NCBI GenBank assembly: GCA_027451365.1
Contig: DAIDJN010000023.1
Coordinates: 1-35,323 of the forward strand
Direction of reading: 5' to 3'
DNA length: 35,323 nucleotides
DNA from: Phycisphaerales bacterium
GTDB taxonomy: Bacteria; Planctomycetota; Phycisphaerae; WQYP01
Below the pieces are notes generated by a model. The model was not told the origin of the DNA. It searched no databases and was given only the letters and a program-made list of their open reading frames with translations. A program made the translations under genes and the position numbers. Shown piece after piece: positions 28,601 through 35,323 of the stretch (the stretch's first letter is position 1; the number at the start of each line of letters is the position of its first letter).

Positions 28601-31600
28601 GAAGCAGAACCTGCTGGTGCGACCAGGACATTTCCAGCACGCGTTCCGTGCATCGCGGATCATGGTAGCGGGTGACCAGCGCAATCGCGTCGTGCCTTGA
28701 GGCTGCGATTCCCAGAACCAGATCGACGGCCACCGTTTGATCCGGCTGTATAATAAAGCTGCGGCGAAGTGAAACAATCGGGTCAAGCACCGCGCCAATG
28801 GTATTGGATAGTTCCGCCAGCGAGTCCATTGCCTGCGGGTGAATGGGTGTTCGGCCGCGGCCGAGAAACTTCAGCCGATCTGTCTCCCATGAGCAGTCGG
28901 CCTCAATTTGACCGTTCACCGATAAAATGTGGAACAGCCAGGGTGGTGTTTCTTCGCGCGAGCGGGCTCTGCGGGTGGCCAGCAAAGCATGATGTTCAGG
29001 GAGAGCCTCGGTTTGCACAAACAAATTACCGAATGCCGGATGCGCCATGTCCGCGGCTAAAGCCTGCAGCACCACTTCCGCATAGGTGGTCAACTGAATT
29101 CGTCGTGCCGTGCGCGATCGATTGGCAATGCGGATGTGTCGCACTTCAAGGTCATCTTCCGGTGACACCACAACTTGTGTCATGGTTTCAATTCCACCAT
29201 CGCGCCGCCGGTATTCCACCCTTCCTTCAGAAAAAGTCGCTTCATACCTTGTGGGTCTGCGCCCCACGGGTTGATGTGTATTGCTCCAATATTTCGGCGA
29301 GTCACCCTCGCGCACGTAGCAGAACATTCCCCAGCAGTCACGCGTGAAATCCTGTCGCCAGCGGGTCAAGGCAATGTCATTGCAGATAGAGCGGGATCCA
29401 CCGGCGGCAGTAAGCATCAGATGATACCGGCCGTTGGAAACCAGATGCACTTCCGGCACCACGGTTTGCGCTGTGTTAAACGAACGCCTACCCGGTTCTT
29501 CGTACTGTGGCGGATGCCGAGATTCACTGACTTCCCCAGCGTGCGGATACACCGGCTTGAGTCGCACACTGCGTTCCTGAAGCAGCAGTTCGCCTGATCG
29601 CAAAAGCGGATCTGCGGTAAAACGTCTTTGCATCGGGCGTTCCACCAGGCACGCTTGCATAGCCAGAAGGCTCATACCCTGGTGGTGCGCCATGAAGCAG
29701 CGCACAATTTCGGGCACGCCCGCTTCAGGCAGGCGGGACGGGGTGTAGTCTACCGCTTCGTAAAAGCCGTACTGGCCCAAAACGCCCTGGCGCGCCAGCG
29801 CCCGCAGATTTTCGCTTGCGGCCTGCGGTGCCACCAGCAGCGCCATGGCCGAGGCGTAGGGTGCGATTACCACATCGTCGGCAAGACGGCGTTTAAAGCC
29901 AAGTCCCGGAACGCCGAACGCTTTGTACTGATAATTCATCTGAGCGTCGGTTGCGTTATAGGCGGATTCGGAAATGCCCCAGGGAATGCCGCGCCGCCGA
30001 CCATATTCTATATTGCGATTCACCACGGCACGGCAGGTTTGATGCAGAATCGTGGTCGGATAAGAGGGCATGACCAGAATGGGCATCAGGTATTCAAACA
30101 TCGACCCGCTCCAGGAAAGCAGCGCAATATCGCCACCTACGATGGTCAACTGCCGACCAAGCGTGAACCAGTGCTCCTGCGGCAATTGACCAAGCACGAT
30201 GCACACATAGGCCGTAAGTCTGGCCTCCGAAGCCAGAAGGTCATAAAATCCCGGATCGCGTGAGTTCTCCGCCACGTTAAATCCAATCGACATGAGCTTG
30301 CGGTCGGCATCGTATAAAAATTTGAAATCGATGGCTGCAAACTGACGACTCTTGTCTTCCAGCTTCTGCAGGGTCTCCAGCCGCTGGCGGGCCTTTTGGG
30401 CCGTTTGCCGCAGGGCAATCACCAGCGCCGCTGATTCAGGCGGTACCGCAACGGGTACCACGGGTTTCAAATCAGCAGCGTCTGCAAAATTGCGTTCTCT
30501 CAGAAGCGATGCGCCGGCGTCGATCGCGGATTCTCCGTTTGACGAACCGTTCAAAGTGGCCGCCATGAAAATCTCCGGGAAGGCGGATTCCAGCATTTTC
30601 AGAGCATCCAGGCATAAACCGGGGTAATCCGCCAGTGGCGGATTGGCGTTCAGAAATTGAACGGAATGCCGGATGATGTCGATGGCCGGACCGGCCAATT
30701 TCCCTTTATCCTGTGTTTGTGCCGACGAGGTGTGAATCATCTGATTGAAGTGTGTCAGCCATGGTGCCATATCATGGATATCCGCAAGAAGGGCCCGCTG
30801 CTGACGCTGCAGGCTCTGAAGAATCGCCCCTTCATCCGTCCGCGGGTTGATCGGATTAGCGGATTCAAATGCGCACAGAACATCAATCGCTCTGACCAGC
30901 AGTGCGGCGGACTCCGCCAATGTCGTATGCGGAAGCCGATAAACGTCCGCGAGTTGCCGACCTAACGTATGTATATTGTTCGCAATCGCCGAAGGCATTG
31001 CGCCCGAGCGGTTCGGTTTAAGCGATTGTTCCAAAGTCAGGGCTGTATCATGCAGGCCTTCGGCGAAGCGTGGAGAAAGCAACGGAGTGCTGGCCATATC
31101 GCGCAGTGCCACGCACAATACCAGCAGATGCCCGGACAAATTTCCGCTGTCCACACTGCTGATATAACGCGGGTTAAGCGGTTCAAGCGTCCGGGTGTCA
31201 TACCAGTTAAACAGATGCCCATGATACCGGTCCAGGCGGTCCATCGTTTCAAAAGTTGCCTGCGTGCGGTCAATACACGTGCCGGTACTGATCCAGCCAA
31301 AATCATGTGCCGCAATATTCGCCAGAAGCGCCAGGCCTATATTCGTGGGAGAGGTGCGATGCGCCACGGCCACACGCGGATATTCCTGAAAATTATCCGG
31401 CGGCAGAAAGTGGTCTTCCGCGGTGACAAAAGTTTCAAAATACAGCCAGGTGCGTCGCGCGACTATTCGGATAAAATTCCGTTCGCCCGCCGGCAGGTCC
31501 AGAGATGTATCGGGTATCGGTCGGCTTAACAACCAGGCCAGCAGCGGGGCCAGAAGCCATGTGATGGACAGAATCGTGCTGATAATCAGCATCGCGTTTC

Positions 31601-34514
31601 CACGCCCCCTGTCGACCGCCAGATACGCCATCAGCAGTCCTATTACCGGGGATACGCGCAGCGATCGGATAAAACTCCCTGGCGACTGAATGGCGGCACC
31701 CTGGGCGTCCGAACTGGTTCGCCATTCCAGCAATTTCCGTCGGGTCACACACATGCGGGTTATGGATCGAAGAATTGCATCCGAATTCTGGATGGCTTCC
31801 TGCGGAAGAAAAGCGACCGCGGCAAGTGATTGAAGTAAATGGCGAAGCAGTTCATGGAGATGCCGCCTGAAATGAATCACCATTGAATCATCGGTTGCTT
31901 TTCGCAGCAGGCTGACTGCGTCAGGCAGAACAGCCGGAAGCAGAAGAACAGCCGCGGTCACCATGATCCACAACAGGGCGTGCGGCAAAAGTCCCGCGGC
32001 AGCGAATAGAATAATGGCCAGGAGAGCCGGTGAAACCAGGCTGCGTCGCAGATTATCCAATATTTTCCACCGTGAAAGCGGCGAAAGATGGTTGCGCCTC
32101 CAGTGCAATTGACGATCTTTTACCCAAGGAAAAATCCATGGCAGAATCTGCCAGTCACCACGAACCCAACGATGACGCCGCATGGATTCCACGCCGAAAT
32201 GCCACGGATGGTCTTCAAACAGTTGGACATCACTGACCAGTCCGGAACGTACATGGCAGCCTTCCAGCAAGTCGTGACTGAGAATGCGATTATCGGGGAA
32301 GCGTTCATGAAACACGCGGTCGAAGGCCTCCACATCTATAATGCCTTTGCCGATGAACGATCCTTCGCCGAAAAGGTCCTGATAGACATCAGAGACGGTT
32401 TGGGTATAGGGGTCCATACCGACATGATGGGCGAAGAGTCGCACATACCATGATCGCCGGGCCGATGGCAAACTTATAGCAATGCGCGGCTGCAGAATGC
32501 CGTAGCCTTCCTGCACAAGGCCAGTTCGCACGTTATATACCGGCCGATTCAGTGGATGCGCCATGGCCCCGATCAGCTCCGCCGCGACGCCGCGCGGCAA
32601 TTCAGTGTCGGTATCGAGCGAAATAATGAAGCGAACGCCCGTCAGGACGGACATATCGCCAATTGTGCAGACAAATGCATCGGTATCGCGACCGCGCAAT
32701 AATTCAATCACATCCAGTATTTTCCCGCGTTTACGTTCACGGCCCATCCATACGCCTTCCCGCGGATTCCAGAGTCGCGGGCGATGAAACAGATAAAAGG
32801 GGCCGCCTGCCGCGCTGGTAACGTAGCGCTGATTCAGACGTTCGATTCCTTCCACGCAGCAGCGCAGCAGAGATTCATCATCGGTCATCACCTGTTGCGG
32901 CGCATCCATAAAATCAGTCAGCAACCCGAAAATAATATTTGCATCCTGATTGGCAAGATGTTTAACCTCCAGCGATTCAACCAGAGCGAGAATTTCCCTG
33001 GGGCTTGTCAGCATCGTCGGAATAAGCACCACAGTGCGCTGCGTTTCAGGAACGCTGATTGAAAAATCGAGTCGCGGCAGTTCCGCGGGACGCAACAGAA
33101 GCGTGTAAACATAGTTCACCAGACCGGTTGCCAGTTGGGTACCAGCCAGCAACAACAGCCCAACTGCGACAAGCGCGAACCATGTGGTTGTCGGGCAGGC
33201 ACCCGTTCGCCACATCAGGGCCGCCGCCAACAACAGTGTGACCAGGCCGATCAATCCGAGATAAATCGAAAGCGGCATCCGCACGAACAACCGATATACT
33301 TTTTCGGACAGAGGAATTCGTGCGTCAATGGCTTTTTCCAGCGGTTTGCGCCCGTGGTCAATCAGAAAGTAGCCCACGTGTCCCTGTCGCGAATGGTCTC
33401 CAAGGCGCTGGGCGGCTTCTCGTGTCATATCCAGGCATTTGCGGGCAATTTCCCATTCCTCGCAGGCGCTCCAGCGGCCCAGTTGTTCCACCTGATGGCG
33501 ATACTGGTCACGGCTGCGAAAGGTCATGGTCGGGTAAATACCCGAAGGTTCGCCACGCAGTATTTTTTCCACAACGCTTTGCGATTCGACAAAATCACGC
33601 CAGTTCGCGGCGTCAATAAACCGCAAGGATCCAATGCAATTGGCAATCGATACGCGGTCCGCGGCCTGCCGCTGGCTTTCCAGTTGCCGCATGTGTTCCA
33701 GACTTTCTGAATTGCGGGCCAAAGTCTGCCCCAGCCAGTCCATCGCCAAGGCCAGCGCGGCGCTGTGTCCTTCAAGCCGACGTACAAATTCAGTAACAAA
33801 AGCCGAAGATAGTGTGGGTCCGGCGCGCACCATGGCCGCTAGAACAACGATAATTTCGTCAGGACATGTTTCCGCCGTCGCGATAAGTTCATCCGCCCAT
33901 TTATTGGCCAGATTCCGATGAAGTCGCCCGGCATGAATACGAGAGGCCACGCGCCGCAGATTTTCCACCAGGGCCAGCCGCAGCATAATCGGTATGGCCC
34001 ACAATTCGCCCAGGCGAAGCGACACACGAGTCTGATACGCGGCGACAAACCGGCCAAGTGCCTCGGTATCAATTCGGCCATCCAAGTGACTGATAAGCGC
34101 CAGCACAATGCCATAAACCCGCGGATAACCGGCCAGAGGTCCGCTGATGGGACGCGGCAGTTCCTGGCTGTATTTCCGCGGCAGATGCCGCCGGATCAGC
34201 AGAATCTGTTCTTCAATTAAATAATAATTGTCCAGCAGCCATTCCGCCGCTGGTGCCACATGCTGACGGTCACTGACGGCACGGTCGATCAGGGTATAGG
34301 TGGTCAGCAACGCTTTTTCGTTGGCCGCCAAACGGCTAAGCAACAGGTCCTGCCGACCAGAAAATGGAATGGCATCCTGTTGTGTGGCCATTTCCACCGC
34401 CAGTTCTTCGAGTTGTTCAACACCCAGAAGTTCAGCGCGTAAGGGTTCCTCCACCGGAAAATCAAAGGCTGTAGATGGGCCGCGGCGCCACAATATTTCC
34501 CTGATTCGTGCCAA
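25623..34514 (-). CDS. ndvB: Cyclic beta-1,2-glucan synthase (GT84 + cyclisation domain + GH94 phosphorylase)
   Basis: About 2960 aa. AEWLLDNYY, ERKRGK, LDTDT, SHDLLEG, RRHRWVRGDWQ, TM helices, SWSGSMFEYLMP, PWGISESAY, YQSGGAFGFRDQLQD, GDWNDG, ENGGQYTH, WTWYTGSAGW. Start reassigned to TTG 34514, 6 nt after GAGGAG. Confidence 0.96.
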   Translation of the reverse strand: MARIREILWRRGPSTAFDFPVEEPLRAELLGVEQLEELAVEMATQQDAIPFSGRQDLLLSRLAANEKALLTTYTLIDRAVSDRQHVAPAAEWLLDNYYLIEEQILLIRRHLPRKYSQELPRPISGPLAGYPRVYGIVLALISHLDGRIDTEALGRFVAAYQTRVSLRLGELWAIPIMLRLALVENLRRVASRIHAGRLHRNLANKWADELIATAETCPDEIIVVLAAMVRAGPTLSSAFVTEFVRRLEGHSAALALAMDWLGQTLARNSESLEHMRQLESQRQAADRVSIANCIGSLRFIDAANWRDFVESQSVVEKILRGEPSGIYPTMTFRSRDQYRHQVEQLGRWSACEEWEIARKCLDMTREAAQRLGDHSRQGHVGYFLIDHGRKPLEKAIDARIPLSEKVYRLFVRMPLSIYLGLIGLVTLLLAAALMWRTGACPTTTWFALVAVGLLLLAGTQLATGLVNYVYTLLLRPAELPRLDFSISVPETQRTVVLIPTMLTSPREILALVESLEVKHLANQDANIIFGLLTDFMDAPQQVMTDDESLLRCCVEGIERLNQRYVTSAAGGPFYLFHRPRLWNPREGVWMGRERKRGKILDVIELLRGRDTDAFVCTIGDMSVLTGVRFIISLDTDTELPRGVAAELIGAMAHPLNRPVYNVRTGLVQEGYGILQPRIAISLPSARRSWYVRLFAHHVGMDPYTQTVSDVYQDLFGEGSFIGKGIIDVEAFDRVFHERFPDNRILSHDLLEGCHVRSGLVSDVQLFEDHPWHFGVESMRRHRWVRGDWQILPWIFPWVKDRQLHWRRNHLSPLSRWKILDNLRRSLVSPALLAIILFAAAGLLPHALLWIMVTAAVLLLPAVLPDAVSLLRKATDDSMVIHFRRHLHELLRHLLQSLAAVAFLPQEAIQNSDAILRSITRMCVTRRKLLEWRTSSDAQGAAIQSPGSFIRSLRVSPVIGLLMAYLAVDRGRGNAMLIISTILSITWLLAPLLAWLLSRPIPDTSLDLPAGERNFIRIVARRTWLYFETFVTAEDHFLPPDNFQEYPRVAVAHRTSPTNIGLALLANIAAHDFGWISTGTCIDRTQATFETMDRLDRYHGHLFNWYDTRTLEPLNPRYISSVDSGNLSGHLLVLCVALRDMASTPLLSPRFAEGLHDTALTLEQSLKPNRSGAMPSAIANNIHTLGRQLADVYRLPHTTLAESAALLVRAIDVLCAFESANPINPRTDEGAILQSLQRQQRALLADIHDMAPWLTHFNQMIHTSSAQTQDKGKLAGPAIDIIRHSVQFLNANPPLADYPGLCLDALKMLESAFPEIFMAATLNGSSNGESAIDAGASLLRERNFADAADLKPVVPVAVPPESAALVIALRQTAQKARQRLETLQKLEDKSRQFAAIDFKFLYDADRKLMSIGFNVAENSRDPGFYDLLASEARLTAYVCIVLGQLPQEHWFTLGRQLTIVGGDIALLSWSGSMFEYLMPILVMPSYPTTILHQTCRAVVNRNIEYGRRRGIPWGISESAYNATDAQMNYQYKAFGVPGLGFKRRLADDVVIAPYASAMALLVAPQAASENLRALARQGVLGQYGFYEAVDYTPSRLPEAGVPEIVRCFMAHHQGMSLLAMQACLVERPMQRRFTADPLLRSGELLLQERSVRLKPVYPHAGEVSESRHPPQYEEPGRRSFNTAQTVVPEVHLVSNGRYHLMLTAAGGSRSICNDIALTRWRQDFTRDCWGMFCYVREGDSPKYWSNTHQPVGRRPTRYEATFSEGRVEYRRRDGGIETMTQVVVSPEDDLEVRHIRIANRSRTARRIQLTTYAEVVLQALAADMAHPAFGNLFVQTEALPEHHALLATRRARSREETPPWLFHILSVNGQIEADCSWETDRLKFLGRGRTPIHPQAMDSLAELSNTIGAVLDPIVSLRRSFIIQPDQTVAVDLVLGIAASRHDAIALVTRYHDPRCTERVLEMSWSHQQVLLRQINATEADAQIFGRLSSPLVYAGPFYRGPLNMIKRNRSGQSGLWGFGISGDLPIVLLRVMDGSHQALIRKLLQAHAYWRLKGMVVDLLIWIEDASIYRQAVQDQVLELIAAGPEARLLDRPGGIFIRRPDQLSEEDRLLMLSAASMVLTDSTDDLAAHIRETGSRTEDSAERLVPVTRAWPEESPKPVADRKDLQFYNGIGGLTPDSREYVMTISCDQPTPAPWCNVIANENFGTVVTESGGMYTWAANAHEFRLTPWYDDPVSDVSGEAIYIRDDQSGGFWSPAILPAGQTPCTVRHGFGYSVFQRTQQRIESELWVYVAVDQPVKFSVLKLTNKSDRKRVLSIFGYCELVLGEQRSVNAMRVVTELDEQTGAIFARNTWNGDWSAMVAFMDASESNRSITGDRTEFLGRNGSAESPAAMKSSRLSGNLGAGMDPCAAIQCTVELPPGAQKEIVLILGAAGGPDAARALVRRFCNLAGAKRALDGVWKFWNQTLGTIYLETPDPSLNALANGWLPYQVLASRIWARSGFYQSGGAFGFRDQLQDAMAAGICQPAILRRQILLAAGRQFVDGDVQHWWHPSRGRGVRTRFSDDLLWLPLAVAHYVQMTNDTGVLDERIGFLQGRALNQGEESWYDLPQNSDETASLYEHCLRAVRRALTFGEHGIPLIGAGDWNDGFNRIGLAGKGESVWLAFFLRYVLDQFAPLAAARKDQPTEDLCHSIRARLLQALESNCWDGQWYLRAFFDDCSPLGSHVNAQCKIDSLPQSWAVISSTGSPDRWKQALAAVDRYLIDSNHQLIKLFDPPFDHPANDPGYIAGYVPGVRENGGQYTHAAIWVVMAFAKAGMADRAWELFCMINPLRHGATPDKMAVYRVEPYVVAADVYAAEPYAGRGGWTWYTGSAGWMYRLIIETFIGLQRNADMLWFAPSLPSAWKTFRIHFRYFETFYHITFSGGGAKVLQVTLDGQIVADGIVRLVNDQREHKMELRIGPAA

Positions 34515-34665
34515 CACGCACTCCTCATTTATTATTTCCGGTACGCGCCAATAGACAATCGCGAGGGAAAACTTTCCCTTCACATCTCGCCGTCCGCGCC
34601 AGTACCATAGCTCCCACAAGCGTTATTCCTGCAGACCGATTTATTGGCGTGATCTGCATGTTGTA

Positions 34666-34671
34666 ATTATA
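34666..34671 (-). promoter_or_regulatory. Possible -10 box (TATAAT) for the glucan synthase gene
   Basis: Perfect TATAAT on the minus strand ~150 bp upstream of the start; no good -35 box. Confidence 0.3.
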
Positions 34672-34761
34672 CACCACTTCGCGATTGTTCGTCTTATTTT
34701 TGTTTCCGTCAGTTCGACCGCTGTATACCCGCGGGTATCCGCATGACCTTGCCGCGCGTCA

Positions 34762-35134
34762 TAGTCTGTAGTTCCCCGCACGAAAAGCAGAAAAGCCCTG
34801 TAAATACAGTGTTTTCGTTGTTTTCGCCATTCACCGTACTGGGTACAACCCCAGCAGTTTCAAGGCTCGCTCCTGAACGGGCGTTGCATCGCTGATGACG
34901 GAGAATTTTGGTTCCTCTGTTTTTCCTTTCTTTTTCTGCTCTGTTTTGGCGGGGACTGGCATCTTCTGGGCCTTGTCCTCCACCGCGTCGTCCTTCAGAC
35001 GCATTGCACAGGTATTGCGGGTCAGAGTGCCCAAGGCTCCCAACAGCGAGGCAACGCTCTGCAAGGGCAGCCCATCCTGGGTTTTGTGGGAATGTTTCTT
35101 TGCCAGAATGGACGCCGACGGTTCCGGCGGCAAG
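34762..35134 (-). mobile_element. Right-end remnant of an IS1634-like element; transposase C-terminus at 34831-35133
   Basis: KKHSHKTQDGLPLQSVASLLGALGTLTRNTC...ATPVQERALKLLGL matches my recollection of the IS1634 C-terminal pattern (DGLPVHSFxTLLxxLxTLTRN...TPxQxxAFxLLG). A terminal-like GGGGAACTACAGACTA lies ~55-70 bp past the stop. Confidence 0.75.
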
Positions 35135-35323
35135 TCTAATACTCCCCAAAAACTGGGCGCTCTGCTAAGGTAGTTTTTTCCGAGTTTTCGGAGTCTATTT
35201 TATGTCGGTAAAACGTCGTCAGTTTACGTCGCAGTTCAAAGCCAAGGTGGCCATGGAGGCGATGAAGGGCCAGCGGACGATTGGTGAGTTGGCGGGTTTG
35301 TATCAGGTTCATCCCTCGCGTAT
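35135..35323 (+). mobile_element. Left end of an IS3-family insertion sequence
   Basis: Begins where the IS1634-like frame breaks off, with an IRL-like sequence (TCTAATACTCCCCAAAAACTGGG...) followed by orfA. The exact boundary is approximate. Confidence 0.75.
35202..35323 (+). CDS. IS3-family transposase OrfA (HTH), partial
   Basis: Manual translation MSVKRRQFTSQFKAKVAMEAMKGQRTIGELAGLYQVHPSR, a typical IS3 OrfA N-terminus; GGAG upstream. Confidence 0.88.
   Translation, partial: MSVKRRQFTSQFKAKVAMEAMKGQRTIGELAGLYQVHPSR

Noticed and set aside
34709..35149. 146-aa minus-strand ORF
   Set aside because: The overlapping frame 34831-35133 carries the transposase-like motifs; this frame has none.
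1..35323. CRISPR array, tRNA, rRNA, prophage or anti-phage defence genes
   Set aside because: I found no regularly spaced repeats, cloverleafs or matching protein motifs by eye; a computational scan could still detect weak signals.

Overview
A GC-rich bacterial chromosomal segment of mostly housekeeping and carbohydrate genes with accessory DNA at both ends. The gene style suggests a Planctomycetota/Phycisphaerae-like, probably acid-adapted organism (inference only). Left end (1-2000): tandem orphan RHS cassettes on the minus strand, one with an unrecognised 159-aa C-terminal toxin domain and a two-TM candidate immunity gene. Next: a sorbosone-dehydrogenase-like beta-propeller, purH, a divergent BamB-like/parvulin-like pair and an AlaC-type aminotransferase. 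Then a minus-strand mannan/galactomannan cluster (GH76, Tat-GH125, FmdB-type zinc ribbon, PfpI, GH4, a Tat-exported six-hairpin glycosidase-like protein I cannot assign, and a truncated GH26). After it: cydAB, an autotransporter with a 569-codon stretch free of Lys/Arg, and a ~2960-aa cyclic beta-1,2-glucan synthase. Right end: an IS1634-like transposase remnant cut by an IS3-family element. I saw no CRISPR array, rRNA, tRNA, reverse transcriptase or recognisable defence system. The best novelty candidates are the RHS toxin/immunity cassette array, the unassigned Tat glycosidase, the basic-residue-free passenger and the structured purH leader. All calls come from motif recognition by eye; no database searches were run.
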